This document shows positions 30,810 to 40,982 of a stretch of 64,000 nt of DNA, piece after piece (the first letter of the stretch is position 1; every line of letters begins with the position of its first letter). The notes below the pieces were generated by a model. It worked only from the letters and a program-made list of their open reading frames with translations, did no database searches and was not told where the DNA came from. Origin of the DNA: Methanotrichaceae archaeon. GTDB taxonomy: Archaea > Halobacteriota > Methanosarcinia > Methanotrichales > Methanotrichaceae. The DNA lies in the NCBI GenBank assembly GCA_963754945.1, contig CAVWIG010000013.1, forward strand, positions 17,352-81,351, read 5' to 3'. A program made the translations under genes and the position numbers.

Positions 30810-31170
30810 GATAACGGGTGCTGTCGTAACTGAGGTAGTGCAGACGTAGTGGTGCAATAATGCGTTAAAGGGCTGAGAGCTATGAAAAAGCTTATTGCGA
30901 AAGCTTATCCTCTTCCGCAGAATGGCCAAACAACTTACTATCCCAAATGTGACAGCGACCCGTAGGTGTGAAGGCAGCAAGCGATCAATCTAAAGCTAAT
31001 GGATTCGAGGCAGCTAAGCATGGAAGGAGCTGGCGGAGATAGCTAAGAAGCATCCTAGAGAGCTTTCTACGCTTTTGATGATCCACTGGAGGTTGATCAG
31101 AGAGAAAAAGTCGAGTGAGAGGTTAAGTGGCTTAGTTCGATTGATTAAAAGCTCATTCATCGCGAGATTT
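30810..31170 (+). ncRNA. Candidate structured RNA G
   Basis: acgggtgctgtcg/tgacagcgacccgt, gatcaatct/aggttgatc, tagagag/ctttcta and agtcga/tcgatt. Contains the AGCTTAT motif. Confidence 0.45.
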
Positions 31171-31315
31171 CTGTACTTGTATGTGTTTAGCTCACCATAA
31201 TCAGTATCTATGAGCCAATTTTACTACTTCAGTGTCGCTAATTGCTAGGGATCGTTTTAAGGACCAATACGTCAGTTGATATCTGTTTCTGATTAAATTC
31301 AGATTAATATATATT

Positions 31316-32587
31316 GGTAGTGTGCCGAAATTTCTGTAATTTGGACAGCCCTGTTATCCCACACATATTCAATCCGTATCCATAGATAAATACTTTTTAG
31401 TTGTCATCCACTCTTCATTGATATCTATCAGAATTGATGCACCTAGCCTCATAAAGGACTGGTCGCTGGGAAATGCTCCTACAACTCTTGTTCTTCTCTT
31501 CAGCTCCTTGTTGGTCCTTTCAAGTCCGTTCGTAGTCCTTATTCTTCTCCAGTGATTTCTGGGGAATGACCTGAAATTCCATAAGCTGAATCGGAAATGC
31601 TCAATGGTACCCGCAGATTTAGAATAGCCTCTGCTTTCCAGATCGAGGCACAGTTGCTGCATCTCAGTTTCACTTTCTAGAGCTATTTTGATCTTATCCG
31701 CAATCTCCTTATGATATTTCTTGGCTACATTCCTTAAGACAGCCCGTATGAAATGTACGTGACACATCTGCCATGAAGCACCCAGAAAGGATTTCTCTAC
31801 TGCTTTCTGGATTCCCTTATGACCATCTGACACAACAAGCTTTACTCCAGATAACCCTCGGTCCTTCAGATCATCAAAAAGTCCAGTCCAAAAGAGTTCA
31901 TCTTCTCCATCGGCTATTCTTGCACCCAGTATCTCTCGATAGCCGTCATCACGGACGGCTGTAACAACCAGAAAAGCCTTGGTGATGTATCTTGAATCAG
32001 TTCTGACCTTGAAGTAACTCGCATCAACAAAAAGATAAGGAATTGAGTGTTCGATAGGTCTCTTAAGGAATTCCTCCACCCTTCCATCAAGCTCTCTGGA
32101 TATCCTTGATACGCTAGAGGCAGACAGATCTTCAACACCTAATCGAGAAACGATATCCTGGACTCTTCTGGTTGATACTCCCTGCAGATATGATTCAATC
32201 ACGGCATTGATCAGAGCCTTCTCCACTCGCGAATACCTGTCAAAGACTTTAGTCTCAAAGGATATTTCACGGAATTGCGGTTTCTTGAGCTTGAGTTCGC
32301 CAACTCGCGTCTTCAGAGATCTATCTTTGTAGCCATTTCTATGGGCCTTTCTGGAATCAACTCGTTGATATGGTTCTGCATCTATTTGCTCCATCGCTTC
32401 AAGTTGCATTACGAGATTCAAGAACCAGGTCAAAAGCTTCTTTAGTCCATCCTCTTGATCGATAAGGTAATCTTCCAAGAATTCTATTGGTATCATGGTC
32501 CTGTGTCCTCCTTTTCCCAAGATTGGATCGGATACAGGGCCGATAATCATTCTTATTATCAAAGTACAGAAAATTCGTTACACTGCC
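31316..32587 (-). mobile_element. IS256-family element, copy 3
   Basis: IRs present, with 8-bp TSD tatatatt at 31308-31315 and 32588-32595. Confidence 0.96.
31369..32562 (-). CDS. IS256 transposase (diverged isoform)
   Basis: DDE motifs as in the other copies. Confidence 0.95.
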   Translation of the reverse strand: MIIRMIIGPVSDPILGKGGHRTMIPIEFLEDYLIDQEDGLKKLLTWFLNLVMQLEAMEQIDAEPYQRVDSRKAHRNGYKDRSLKTRVGELKLKKPQFREISFETKVFDRYSRVEKALINAVIESYLQGVSTRRVQDIVSRLGVEDLSASSVSRISRELDGRVEEFLKRPIEHSIPYLFVDASYFKVRTDSRYITKAFLVVTAVRDDGYREILGARIADGEDELFWTGLFDDLKDRGLSGVKLVVSDGHKGIQKAVEKSFLGASWQMCHVHFIRAVLRNVAKKYHKEIADKIKIALESETEMQQLCLDLESRGYSKSAGTIEHFRFSLWNFRSFPRNHWRRIRTTNGLERTNKELKRRTRVVGAFPSDQSFMRLGASILIDINEEWMTTKKYLSMDTD

Positions 32588-32654
32588 TATATATTATACT
32601 CACTGAACCAAAAACAGCATCTATCGATCGATTCTTGGGCAGCTAAACACATAC

Positions 32655-33750
32655 CAAAAATAAAACTAGCCGCGGAGGTCGTCCGAACATTGACATCGTG
32701 ATTATGGTGAAAGCTCTCGTAATTCAGCATTGGTTTGGTCTAACAGATCCAGAACTGGAGCGACAGGTTGCGGATAGGATCTCTTTTCGTATTTTCCTTG
32801 GCACCACTGAAGTAATTCCTGATTTCAGCACAGTTTGGCTATTCCGTGAACGTTTGATTAAGTGCGACGTATACGATGATCTTTGGAATGAGCTTCAAAG
32901 GCAGCTCGATGAGATGGGGTTTACTGTAAAGAATGGCACTATCCAGGATGCAACCTTCATAACTTCGGACCCAGGTCGGAAGAGGAACAAGAAAGACGAG
33001 CAAGGCGGGGACAAAAAGGAAGGTCAAGATTCCGAAGCCACCAGTACGAGCCTGAATCAGGAGTTTGATAAAGAGCTAATTGGTATTTCAAATAATATTA
33101 TTGATGACAAGGCCAAACCACAGAGACTCGAAGAAGAGCCAATAAATGAGGGAAGTTGGGCAAAAAAGGGTGTCAAATCCTTTTTCGGATATAAAGGTCA
33201 TATCTCAATCGATACCAATTACCACCTTATCAGATATTTTGAGACTACAACTGCTTCTGTACACGATAGTCAGGTAGATCTTGGAATTGAAGGGCTACCA
33301 CGTTACGCCGATAAGGGATATGATGGTGCAAAAACTCGAGGATATGATGCAGCCATGAAAAAAGCTACAAGAGGTCACAAGCTTGGAATCATAGATCTTC
33401 TGAGGAATAAGAGAATCAGTAAAACGCGATCGCACATCGAAAGATGCTTCGCTGTTATGAAGCGGGGGCATAAGGGAGCACATGTTTATGTAACAACTGT
33501 CGCAAGAGCTGGAGTAAAATTCATGATGAATTCGGTCGTTTACAACCTGGAACAGTTGAAATATTTAGTGCATAAACAAACAGCCTAGCGGAAGCTCTCT
33601 AAAAAAGCGCAAAAATTAGAAACAACAAGGTAAATTGAAATCTAATAAGCCAATTTAGGGGTGAAATATGCTAAAAAACCACTATAAAGATTGAAAATAT
33701 TAACGCAAGAATTTAAGGCTTCATTAACCAACACTAAATCGAAACCCTCC
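32655..33750 (+). mobile_element. Right half of the split IS5 element (transposase C-terminal part to 33588, plus IR)
   Basis: Begins with caaaaata (KNKTSRGGRPNID...). IQDATFI, FGYKGH and ADKGY motifs. IR tcgaaaccctcc ends at 33750. Confidence 0.9.
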
Positions 33751-33751
33751 T

Positions 33752-34810
33752 TTGACTTATCTGGCAGCTCCCACGCCTGCGGGAGCGGAGAGCATTCTGA
33801 AGGTGCGCGTGGACGATGTTCTATGGCATGAGATAGACAGCCTTGCCGGACTTGAACCGGTCGACCGCAACTACATCACTACTACGGACGACGATAGCAA
33901 GACTACAGTAGTCTTTGGCAATGGCGAGCATGGATCTCGCTTGCCCACAGGAGTCGAGAACGTCAAGGCCATCTATCGATCAGGCATAGGCAAGCCCGGC
34001 AACGCCAAAGCAGGACAGATCAGCCTTCTGGCGACCCGTCCACTGGGAGTGAAGGGTGTTACCAATCCCCTGCCTGCCACTGGCGGAGCTGATCGAGAGA
34101 ACAGAGATCAAGCACGGCGCAATGTGCCTTTAGCGGTACTGGCACTAGACCGACTGGTCTCGGTGCAGGACTACGCTGACTTTGCCCGTACCTTCGCAGG
34201 CATAGGAAAGGCCAGAGCTGCCAAGCTATCTGATGGAAGAAGACAGGTGGTCTTCGTCACCATAGTCGGCGCCGAAGACATCCCCATCGACTACCATTCC
34301 GATCTGTACCTGAACCTCCTCTCGGCATTGCACAAAAACGGAGATCCGCATCAGCAGATCCGCGTAGAGGTTAGAGAACTCTTGCTCATGGTCATAAGCG
34401 CCAAGGTGCGCGTAAAACCCGACTACTTATGGGACAAGGTTGAGCCCATTATAAAGGCCACTCTCCTGGATACTTTCAGCTTCGAGCGTCGTGAGCTGGG
34501 CCAGGACGTCCTTTTGAGCGAGGTGATCAGCACCATTCAAAACGTTGTGGGCGTGGACTATGTGGACGTGGACGTCGTCGCAGGAATTCCGGAAAAGAAA
34601 CTTGACGGCGTGGTGAGGAGAATTCTGACACCGGAAGAGATCGTGGCCGCGGTTAATGCCCTGCTAGGAAAAAACAATAGCGAAAGGCCCCAGCCAAGAA
34701 TAGCAGTGAACCTAGCAGACAAGGAGGGGGGCATTTTCAGGCCTGACCAGATCGCCTACCTCACACCTGATGTTCCCGATACCCTGATCCTCACGGAGTT
34801 GAAATCATGA
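33752..34810 (+). pseudogene. Baseplate J-like (Afp11-type) protein of a contractile injection system, 5' truncated at the IS5 end
   Basis: VFGNGEHGSRLPTG, YRSGIG..GN, VTNPLPATGGAD.E, RLVSVQDY. Confidence 0.85.
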
Positions 34811-37023
34811 GCCAATCCAAGGACCGTCTTTACAATTTGCTTCCTGCTGTTTACCGCCAGCGTGATGCAGAGCAGGGCTATCCCCTCAAGGCACTATTGC
34901 AGGTGATCTCAGAGCAGGTGAATGTCGTGGAAGACGACATCACCGGACTCTATGAGAACTGGTTCATAGAGACATGCCAGGACTGGGCCGTGCCCTATAT
35001 CGGCGACCTGGTTGGCTATCGGCCTGTCGCTGAGGCAGGCGAACCTGGTGGCCAGAGTCTTAACAAGATACTCTTCCCCAGAAGGGAGGTTGCCAACACC
35101 ATTGGCTATCTGCGAAGGAAAGGCACTCTGGCCCTGCTGGAACAACTGGCCCAGGGCGTTGCCGGCTGGCCGGCAAGGGCAGTGGAGTTTTACCGGCTCT
35201 TGCGAGTGGCTCAGCATATCAACCACCAACACCTTAAACGGGGCAAAACTGTGGACCTGCGCCGGGGCGACGCCCTGGAACGTCTGGACGGTCCCTTCGA
35301 CGAGCTTGCACATACTGTGGACGTGCGTCGCATAAACTCTCACCGCACTCTCGGGAGGTACAACATCCCCAGCGTTGGGGTCTATGTATGGAGGCTGAAG
35401 TCCTACTCGGTTACACAGGCCCCTGCCTACTGCATAGATAGGGATCTGAACCATTTTACCTTCAGCGTTCTGGGAAAGGACACCAAGCTCTTCACCAAAC
35501 CCACAGAGGAGCCGGACCCCACCCACATTGCCGATGAGACCAACGTTCCTACAATCATCAGACGCCGGGCCTTTGAGGAGCGACCGGAGGACTTCTATGG
35601 AGAGGGCAAAAGCCTTTGCATCTGGCGCAGCGACCTGAGCCAACCGGTCCCCGTAGAGAACATAGTAGCGGCGGACCTCAGCGATTGGTCTTATGTGCCC
35701 AAGAACGATGATCTGGCTGTGGATCCGGAGCTGGGACGGATCGCCTTATCCAGTTCTTATTCCCTTAAAAATTCTGATGTCGCGATCTGGGTATCTTATC
35801 ACTACGGGTTCAGCTCCGACATGGGGGGTGGAGAGTATCCGAGAAAGCTCAAGCAGAGACTCGAGCAAGAGGTCTATCGAGTGGGCCCGAATGAGAGTTT
35901 CCACAGGATAAGCGATGCTATATCTCAATGGAATAGTGATAAAATTAAAGAAGAGAAAAAGCGCGATGCAATCATAGAGATCGAGGACAGTGGTGCTTAT
36001 GTGGAGCAGATCAAGATCACTCTGGAGGTAGGCGATCGGCTGGAGCTACGCGCCGCCAATGGCAGTAGGCCTGTTATCCGTCTCCTGAATTGGGAGACAA
36101 ACCGGTCGGATTCTTTAAAGATCGAAGGCACTGGCGGAGAGGGAAGGCTGGGTCATATAACCCTCGACGGGCTTCTTATCACAGGGAGAGGCATCAAAGT
36201 TACGGGAGAGCTCGCGGAGGTGAGGATCAGACATTCTACCCTGGTGCCAGGCTGGATGCAGGAAGACGATCATCAGACGCAAAAAGGCGCTACGCCAAGC
36301 TTGAGGCTGATCAACACTTCTGCCCGTCTGGTTATCGAAAGCAGCATCCTGGGATCTATCCTGGTGAATCAGGATGAGGTACGAACCGATCCGCTTTCTG
36401 TTTGTATCAAAGACAGCATACTGGATGCCACGGACATCGAAAAGAAAGCATTGGATGCATCGGGATGCCCTGTGGCTTTTGCGAAGCTGACCCTCTTACG
36501 CAGCACGATTTATGGAGAAACCCAGGTCCACGCAATTGATCTGGCTGAGAACTCCATATTCTTTGGCAAGGTCACAGTGTGCCGCCGACAGAAAGGGTGC
36601 ATGCGCTTCTGTTACATCACACCGGAATCCAGGACTCCTCGTCGTTACCATTGCCAGCCAGACCTTGTGGAGCAGGCGGCAGAAGAGGAGATACGCATTG
36701 CTGCCAAAGAGTCAGGCACGGCACTGTCAATGCTGTCCGATGACGAGCTTAATGAAGAGATAAAAGCGGCAAGGCATGGCGAGAGTGACCGAGTTATACC
36801 CCAGTTCAATAGCATTCATTATGGCATACATGACTACTGCCAACTGGCCGATTCCTGTGCCAAGGAGATAAAACGGGGCGCGGACGACCAGTCTGAGATG
36901 GGGGCCTTTCACGACCTTTATCAGCCCCAGAGGGAGGCCAACCTGCGCGCCCGTCTTGAAGAGTACACACCGGCAGGGACAGATGTGGGCATCATCTTTG
37001 TGAACTTTGGAGGAGAAACATGA
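34807..37023 (+). CDS. Contractile injection system baseplate wedge/tail protein
   Basis: LYNLLPAVYRQRD, WFIETCQDWAVPYIGDLVG, RRKGT, VDPELGRI, EMGAFH..LEEYTPAG. ATGA overlap with the upstream gene. Confidence 0.85.
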   Translation: MSQSKDRLYNLLPAVYRQRDAEQGYPLKALLQVISEQVNVVEDDITGLYENWFIETCQDWAVPYIGDLVGYRPVAEAGEPGGQSLNKILFPRREVANTIGYLRRKGTLALLEQLAQGVAGWPARAVEFYRLLRVAQHINHQHLKRGKTVDLRRGDALERLDGPFDELAHTVDVRRINSHRTLGRYNIPSVGVYVWRLKSYSVTQAPAYCIDRDLNHFTFSVLGKDTKLFTKPTEEPDPTHIADETNVPTIIRRRAFEERPEDFYGEGKSLCIWRSDLSQPVPVENIVAADLSDWSYVPKNDDLAVDPELGRIALSSSYSLKNSDVAIWVSYHYGFSSDMGGGEYPRKLKQRLEQEVYRVGPNESFHRISDAISQWNSDKIKEEKKRDAIIEIEDSGAYVEQIKITLEVGDRLELRAANGSRPVIRLLNWETNRSDSLKIEGTGGEGRLGHITLDGLLITGRGIKVTGELAEVRIRHSTLVPGWMQEDDHQTQKGATPSLRLINTSARLVIESSILGSILVNQDEVRTDPLSVCIKDSILDATDIEKKALDASGCPVAFAKLTLLRSTIYGETQVHAIDLAENSIFFGKVTVCRRQKGCMRFCYITPESRTPRRYHCQPDLVEQAAEEEIRIAAKESGTALSMLSDDELNEEIKAARHGESDRVIPQFNSIHYGIHDYCQLADSCAKEIKRGADDQSEMGAFHDLYQPQREANLRARLEEYTPAGTDVGIIFVNFGGET

Positions 37024-38543
37024 AAGGCGAGTTTAGAGGAGATTTTTCACGCGACACCTTCGACCCCAGCAAGCACTTCATGCGTGTGCTGATGCAGCAG
37101 GGCAGGGTCAGCCTGGACGCAGACTGGAACGAGCAGACGGATATATTGTTGCACTACATACAAACGCTGGCAAAGGACCTCATAGGACCCTTTGCGGGAC
37201 CTGAGGATGCAGATGAGCGAGGATTCGGCATAACTCCGACGACTTCACCCAGTTCGCCCAAGAGCTTCTACATCAGCCGTGGTCGGTACTATGTTGACGG
37301 CATTCTATGCGAGAATGGACCGGACAACAATATATGCGAAAATGGGGCGGACGAGTTGGTGGATTATTACAATCAACCGGACTACCCCCGTGATATTAGC
37401 GAGAACGATTTCCCTCAAACCGGCGATCTACCCTTACTGGTCTACCTGGACGTCTGGGAGCGCCATATCAGCTATATTGAGGACGATTACATAAGGGAGA
37501 AAGCTCTGGGTGTTGCGGATACGGCGAGCAGATCCAAGGTGGTGTGGCAGGTTAAGGCGCTGAAATCAGGTGACGATTGGAGAAAATATGTGGGAGATAC
37601 AGAAATATCTTGCAACGCCATCGAGGGAAACTGGAGCGAGATTGTGGAGAATCTGCTACAAAAGGCTAATCGGGGATGTCTCAAAGCCCGGGCAAAGGAG
37701 ACCGATGCGGCGCCGACTGAACCCTGCATAACCGCTCCCGAGTCAAGCTACAGGGGAGAGGAGAATCAGCTCTACCGGGTGGAGATACATAGAGGCGGAC
37801 TTGCTCTAAAGGATGGTGGATCGAATAAATTCGATGCTGCCACATTCAAGTGGTCTCGCGATAACGGCACAGTAACCTTCCCTATCATTTCTAAAGCAGG
37901 CAATACGTTAGTGCTGGAGCACCTGGGGAGAGACGACAGGCTGAGCCTGGAGAAGGACGACTGGGTAGAGGTGGTTGATGACGACTATACACTGCTGATC
38001 CAATCCAGGCCCTCTCCACTGGCTGGAACCAGGATTCTGGCTCAGGTCGACACAGTGGACACGACTGAGATGACGGTGACTCTAAGGCTGCAAGACAGCA
38101 CAAAATTGCCTGATTATTCGGAAGGTAGCCAAAATCATCCGCTGCTGCGTCGCTGGGACCACAAAAAAGGCGACCCGACTGTGCAGGACGAGCCTGAACT
38201 GGCGGATGATGATGGTGCTCTCTATGTAGAGGAGGGTAACTGGCTAACTCTGGAAGACGGGGTCCAGGTTTGGTTCCAAAAACTAGATACGGTTTACAGC
38301 TATCAAACAGGCGACTACTGGCTGGTCCCTGCGCGCACAGCCACGGGGGATGTGGAATGGCCGAAGGATGCCCAAGGCGCTCCGAGGCCTTTTCCCCCTC
38401 ATGGAATTGTTCACCACTATGCTCCTCTGGCCTATATTGATAATGGTGATGGAGGAAATTGGGTGCAAACGGATTGTCGCTGTGCGATCAAAAGGGCTTT
38501 AAATCCGCCATGCGGCGAAATGCAAAATAGAAAGAAATCGTAG
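37020..38543 (+). CDS. DUF6519-type contractile injection system tail-fibre-associated protein
   Basis: GDFSRDTF, QQGRVSLDADWNEQ, GRYYVDGILCE, ENQLYRVEIH, FKWSRDNG, GDYWLVPARTATG. Confidence 0.85.
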   Translation: MKGEFRGDFSRDTFDPSKHFMRVLMQQGRVSLDADWNEQTDILLHYIQTLAKDLIGPFAGPEDADERGFGITPTTSPSSPKSFYISRGRYYVDGILCENGPDNNICENGADELVDYYNQPDYPRDISENDFPQTGDLPLLVYLDVWERHISYIEDDYIREKALGVADTASRSKVVWQVKALKSGDDWRKYVGDTEISCNAIEGNWSEIVENLLQKANRGCLKARAKETDAAPTEPCITAPESSYRGEENQLYRVEIHRGGLALKDGGSNKFDAATFKWSRDNGTVTFPIISKAGNTLVLEHLGRDDRLSLEKDDWVEVVDDDYTLLIQSRPSPLAGTRILAQVDTVDTTEMTVTLRLQDSTKLPDYSEGSQNHPLLRRWDHKKGDPTVQDEPELADDDGALYVEEGNWLTLEDGVQVWFQKLDTVYSYQTGDYWLVPARTATGDVEWPKDAQGAPRPFPPHGIVHHYAPLAYIDNGDGGNWVQTDCRCAIKRALNPPCGEMQNRKKS

Positions 38544-38711
38544 CTGCATGAAAAGCATGCCCAGTGTCAGATCCTGGGCATTTATGGTTTTTTTTGGGAC
38601 CGTTGCCCTTTTCATTATTTCTTGAGGATTTCAAAAATCATTGCATTAGCAGTCCATGAATAGGACAACGTTAATATTTTTCAACTTAACACTTCCGTCT
38701 TTATTGAATGA

Positions 38712-39488
38712 TCAGGCGAATCCATCTACAAATTCTTTTATATTGTATCTTAGATCCTGATGATATCCTCCTTCAAGAATGGCAAATCGTCTTCCTCCGC
38801 AGCTCATAGAGCCTTTCTTGATCACCTGGCCGATCCTTTTATAGTCCTCAGTGTAAAGAAGCTTGCCCCAATCCTCGATATATGTATCGAAGCCTGCCGA
38901 GACGCTTACGATATCATAATCAAAGCTCTCGAAAGCCTCCTCCACTTGATTGATATAACCGCTATTGTTCAAGCTCAAGTAGTTAAACTCCGGATCTACT
39001 GACCCGGGATTGACGATCTTCACATTTTCATCTCCACGGAAGATGCTTACTGTTCCGTCTCCGAAGTGCAGATCGATGTCGATTATCAGTATCCTTTCGG
39101 TCAAGGGTCTGATCTTTTGAACTGCCATCGCCATATTGTTGAAGAAGCATAATCCCCAAGCCCGATTAGCCGACGCATGATGACCTGGTGGCCTTATCAG
39201 GGCAAACGTCGGCTCGCCCTGCATAGCTAGCTCCGCAGCCGTGATAGCTCCTCCCGCAGCCAGTGTGGCGGCCTCGTACAATCCCATGTGCTTCACTCTC
39301 TCCATGTGCTCTCTACCGTGAACCCTGGCCACGTCCTCGTCGCTTGCAGCGCTCGGCTCTACGAACTCATAGCCTGCCTTTTTTAGTTCCATAGCAGGAA
39401 GCCTCACCCTTTCAGGATTCTCCACAGGGTTAGTAGGGTAGCGCTCCTCATATTTAGTGCTATAAATTATTTTCATGGAGTTCAGCAT
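38712..39488 (-). CDS. Histone deacetylase-superfamily (AcuC/AphA-like) deacetylase
   Basis: RPPGHHA, GLCFFNN, DIDLHFGDGT, SAGFD, LEGGY. Confidence 0.93.
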   Translation of the reverse strand: MLNSMKIIYSTKYEERYPTNPVENPERVRLPAMELKKAGYEFVEPSAASDEDVARVHGREHMERVKHMGLYEAATLAAGGAITAAELAMQGEPTFALIRPPGHHASANRAWGLCFFNNMAMAVQKIRPLTERILIIDIDLHFGDGTVSIFRGDENVKIVNPGSVDPEFNYLSLNNSGYINQVEEAFESFDYDIVSVSAGFDTYIEDWGKLLYTEDYKRIGQVIKKGSMSCGGRRFAILEGGYHQDLRYNIKEFVDGFA

Positions 39489-39618
39489 CTCTTCTTGACA
39501 GGCAATCTCTTGAGCACGGTCATTATTTTATACCTTACGAACGTTAACCCGTGTTAAATTTTATATACAAAACATACATTATCCCGTAATTGAAAAAGAA
39601 GTTCAAATTCATGCCTAT

Positions 39619-40889
39619 GGTAGTGTGCCGAGATTTCTGTAATTTGGAGTTGCCCTGTATCCCAACATACTCAATCAGCATCCATAGATAAATACTTTTT
39701 AGCGGTCAGCCATTCTTCGTTGATATCGATGAGGATCGAAACCCCTAACCTCATGAACGAGCTCTCACTTGGGAAGGCACCGACTACCCTGGATCTTCTT
39801 TTCAGCTCCTTGTTGATCCTCTCCAGCCCGTTTGTAGTCCGAATCCTTCTCCAGTGACCTCTGGGGAATGCCCTGTAATTCCACAGACTGAATCTGAAGC
39901 GGTCGATAGTGTCAGCAGATTTCGCATAACCTCTTTCCCTCAATTCTTTCGCTAAGTCCTGTATCTTGATTTCGTCTTCCAGAGCGATCTTGATCTTATC
40001 GGCGATCTCCTTATGATACTTCTTGGCAACGTTTCTCAAGACCGCTCTTGAAAAGTGAACGTGACACATTTGCCATGAAGCACCAAGAAATGATTTCTCA
40101 ACCGCTTTCTGGATTCCCTTATGACCATCTGATATCACGAGCTTTACTCCGGACAACCCACGATCCGCCAGATCTTGAAATAATCCCGACCAGAAGAGTT
40201 CATCTTCACTGTCAGCTATTCTTGCGCCAAGTATCTCGCGATAACCGTCATCTCTAACACCTGTGACGATCATGAAAGCTTTGGTAACATATCTTGATTC
40301 TGTTCTTACTTTGAAGTAGCTTGCATCTACATAAAGATAAGGAATAGGACGTTCGATAGGTTTCTTCAGGAATTCTTCTACCTTCTCGTCAAGCTCTTTG
40401 GATATCCTGGAAACGCTAGAGGCAGATAAATTCTCGATGCCAAATCGAGAGACAATATCTTGGATTCTCCTGGTTGAAACCCCCTGGAGATACGATTCGA
40501 GTACAGCGTTGACCAAAGCCTTCTCTACGCGCGAAAATCTGTCGAACACCTTGGTTTCGAAGGAAATTTCACGGAATTGAGGTTTCTTGAGTCGGAGCTC
40601 TCCAACTCGCGTCTTCAGAGATCTTTCCTTGTAGCCATTCCTATGTGCCTTTCGGGATTCGACTCTCTGATACGGTTCTGCATCTGCCTGTTGCGCCGCT
40701 TCTAGCTGCATTACAAGGTTCAAGAACCAGGTCAGAAGCTTCTTTAGTCCATCTTCCTGATCGATAAGGTAATCTTCCAAGAGTGCTATGGGTATCATGG
40801 TCCTGTGTCCTCCTTTTCTCAAGATTGGATAGGATACAGGGCCGATAATCATTCTTATTATCAAAGTACAGAAAAATCGTTACACTGCC
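39619..40889 (-). mobile_element. IS256-family element, copy 4
   Basis: IRs present, with tgcctat duplicated on both sides. Same protein as copy 2. Confidence 0.96.
39671..40864 (-). CDS. IS256 transposase
   Basis: Identical in the ORF track to 18930-20123. Confidence 0.95.
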   Translation of the reverse strand: MIIRMIIGPVSYPILRKGGHRTMIPIALLEDYLIDQEDGLKKLLTWFLNLVMQLEAAQQADAEPYQRVESRKAHRNGYKERSLKTRVGELRLKKPQFREISFETKVFDRFSRVEKALVNAVLESYLQGVSTRRIQDIVSRFGIENLSASSVSRISKELDEKVEEFLKKPIERPIPYLYVDASYFKVRTESRYVTKAFMIVTGVRDDGYREILGARIADSEDELFWSGLFQDLADRGLSGVKLVISDGHKGIQKAVEKSFLGASWQMCHVHFSRAVLRNVAKKYHKEIADKIKIALEDEIKIQDLAKELRERGYAKSADTIDRFRFSLWNYRAFPRGHWRRIRTTNGLERINKELKRRSRVVGAFPSESSFMRLGVSILIDINEEWLTAKKYLSMDAD

Positions 40890-40982
40890 TGCCTATCGCA
40901 AGTTAGATATAGAACAGTACTCCCGTTAAACTCGTAATGGCCCGCTGCCGTTCTCGGGGACGGCAGTCAATAATACCTAAAG

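Larger units (their letters stand above)
31179..32654. mobile_element. IS66-derived MITE (about 196 bp net) with an IS256 nested inside
   Basis: Same 14-bp IRs as the IS66 at 25771. No IS66 transposase inside. Confidence 0.85.

Noticed and set aside
34909-35643. Long antisense ORFs (here and at 59465-60094, 55224-55862, 41812-42366)
   Set aside because: Shadows of well-supported genes on the opposite strand, with no motifs of their own.
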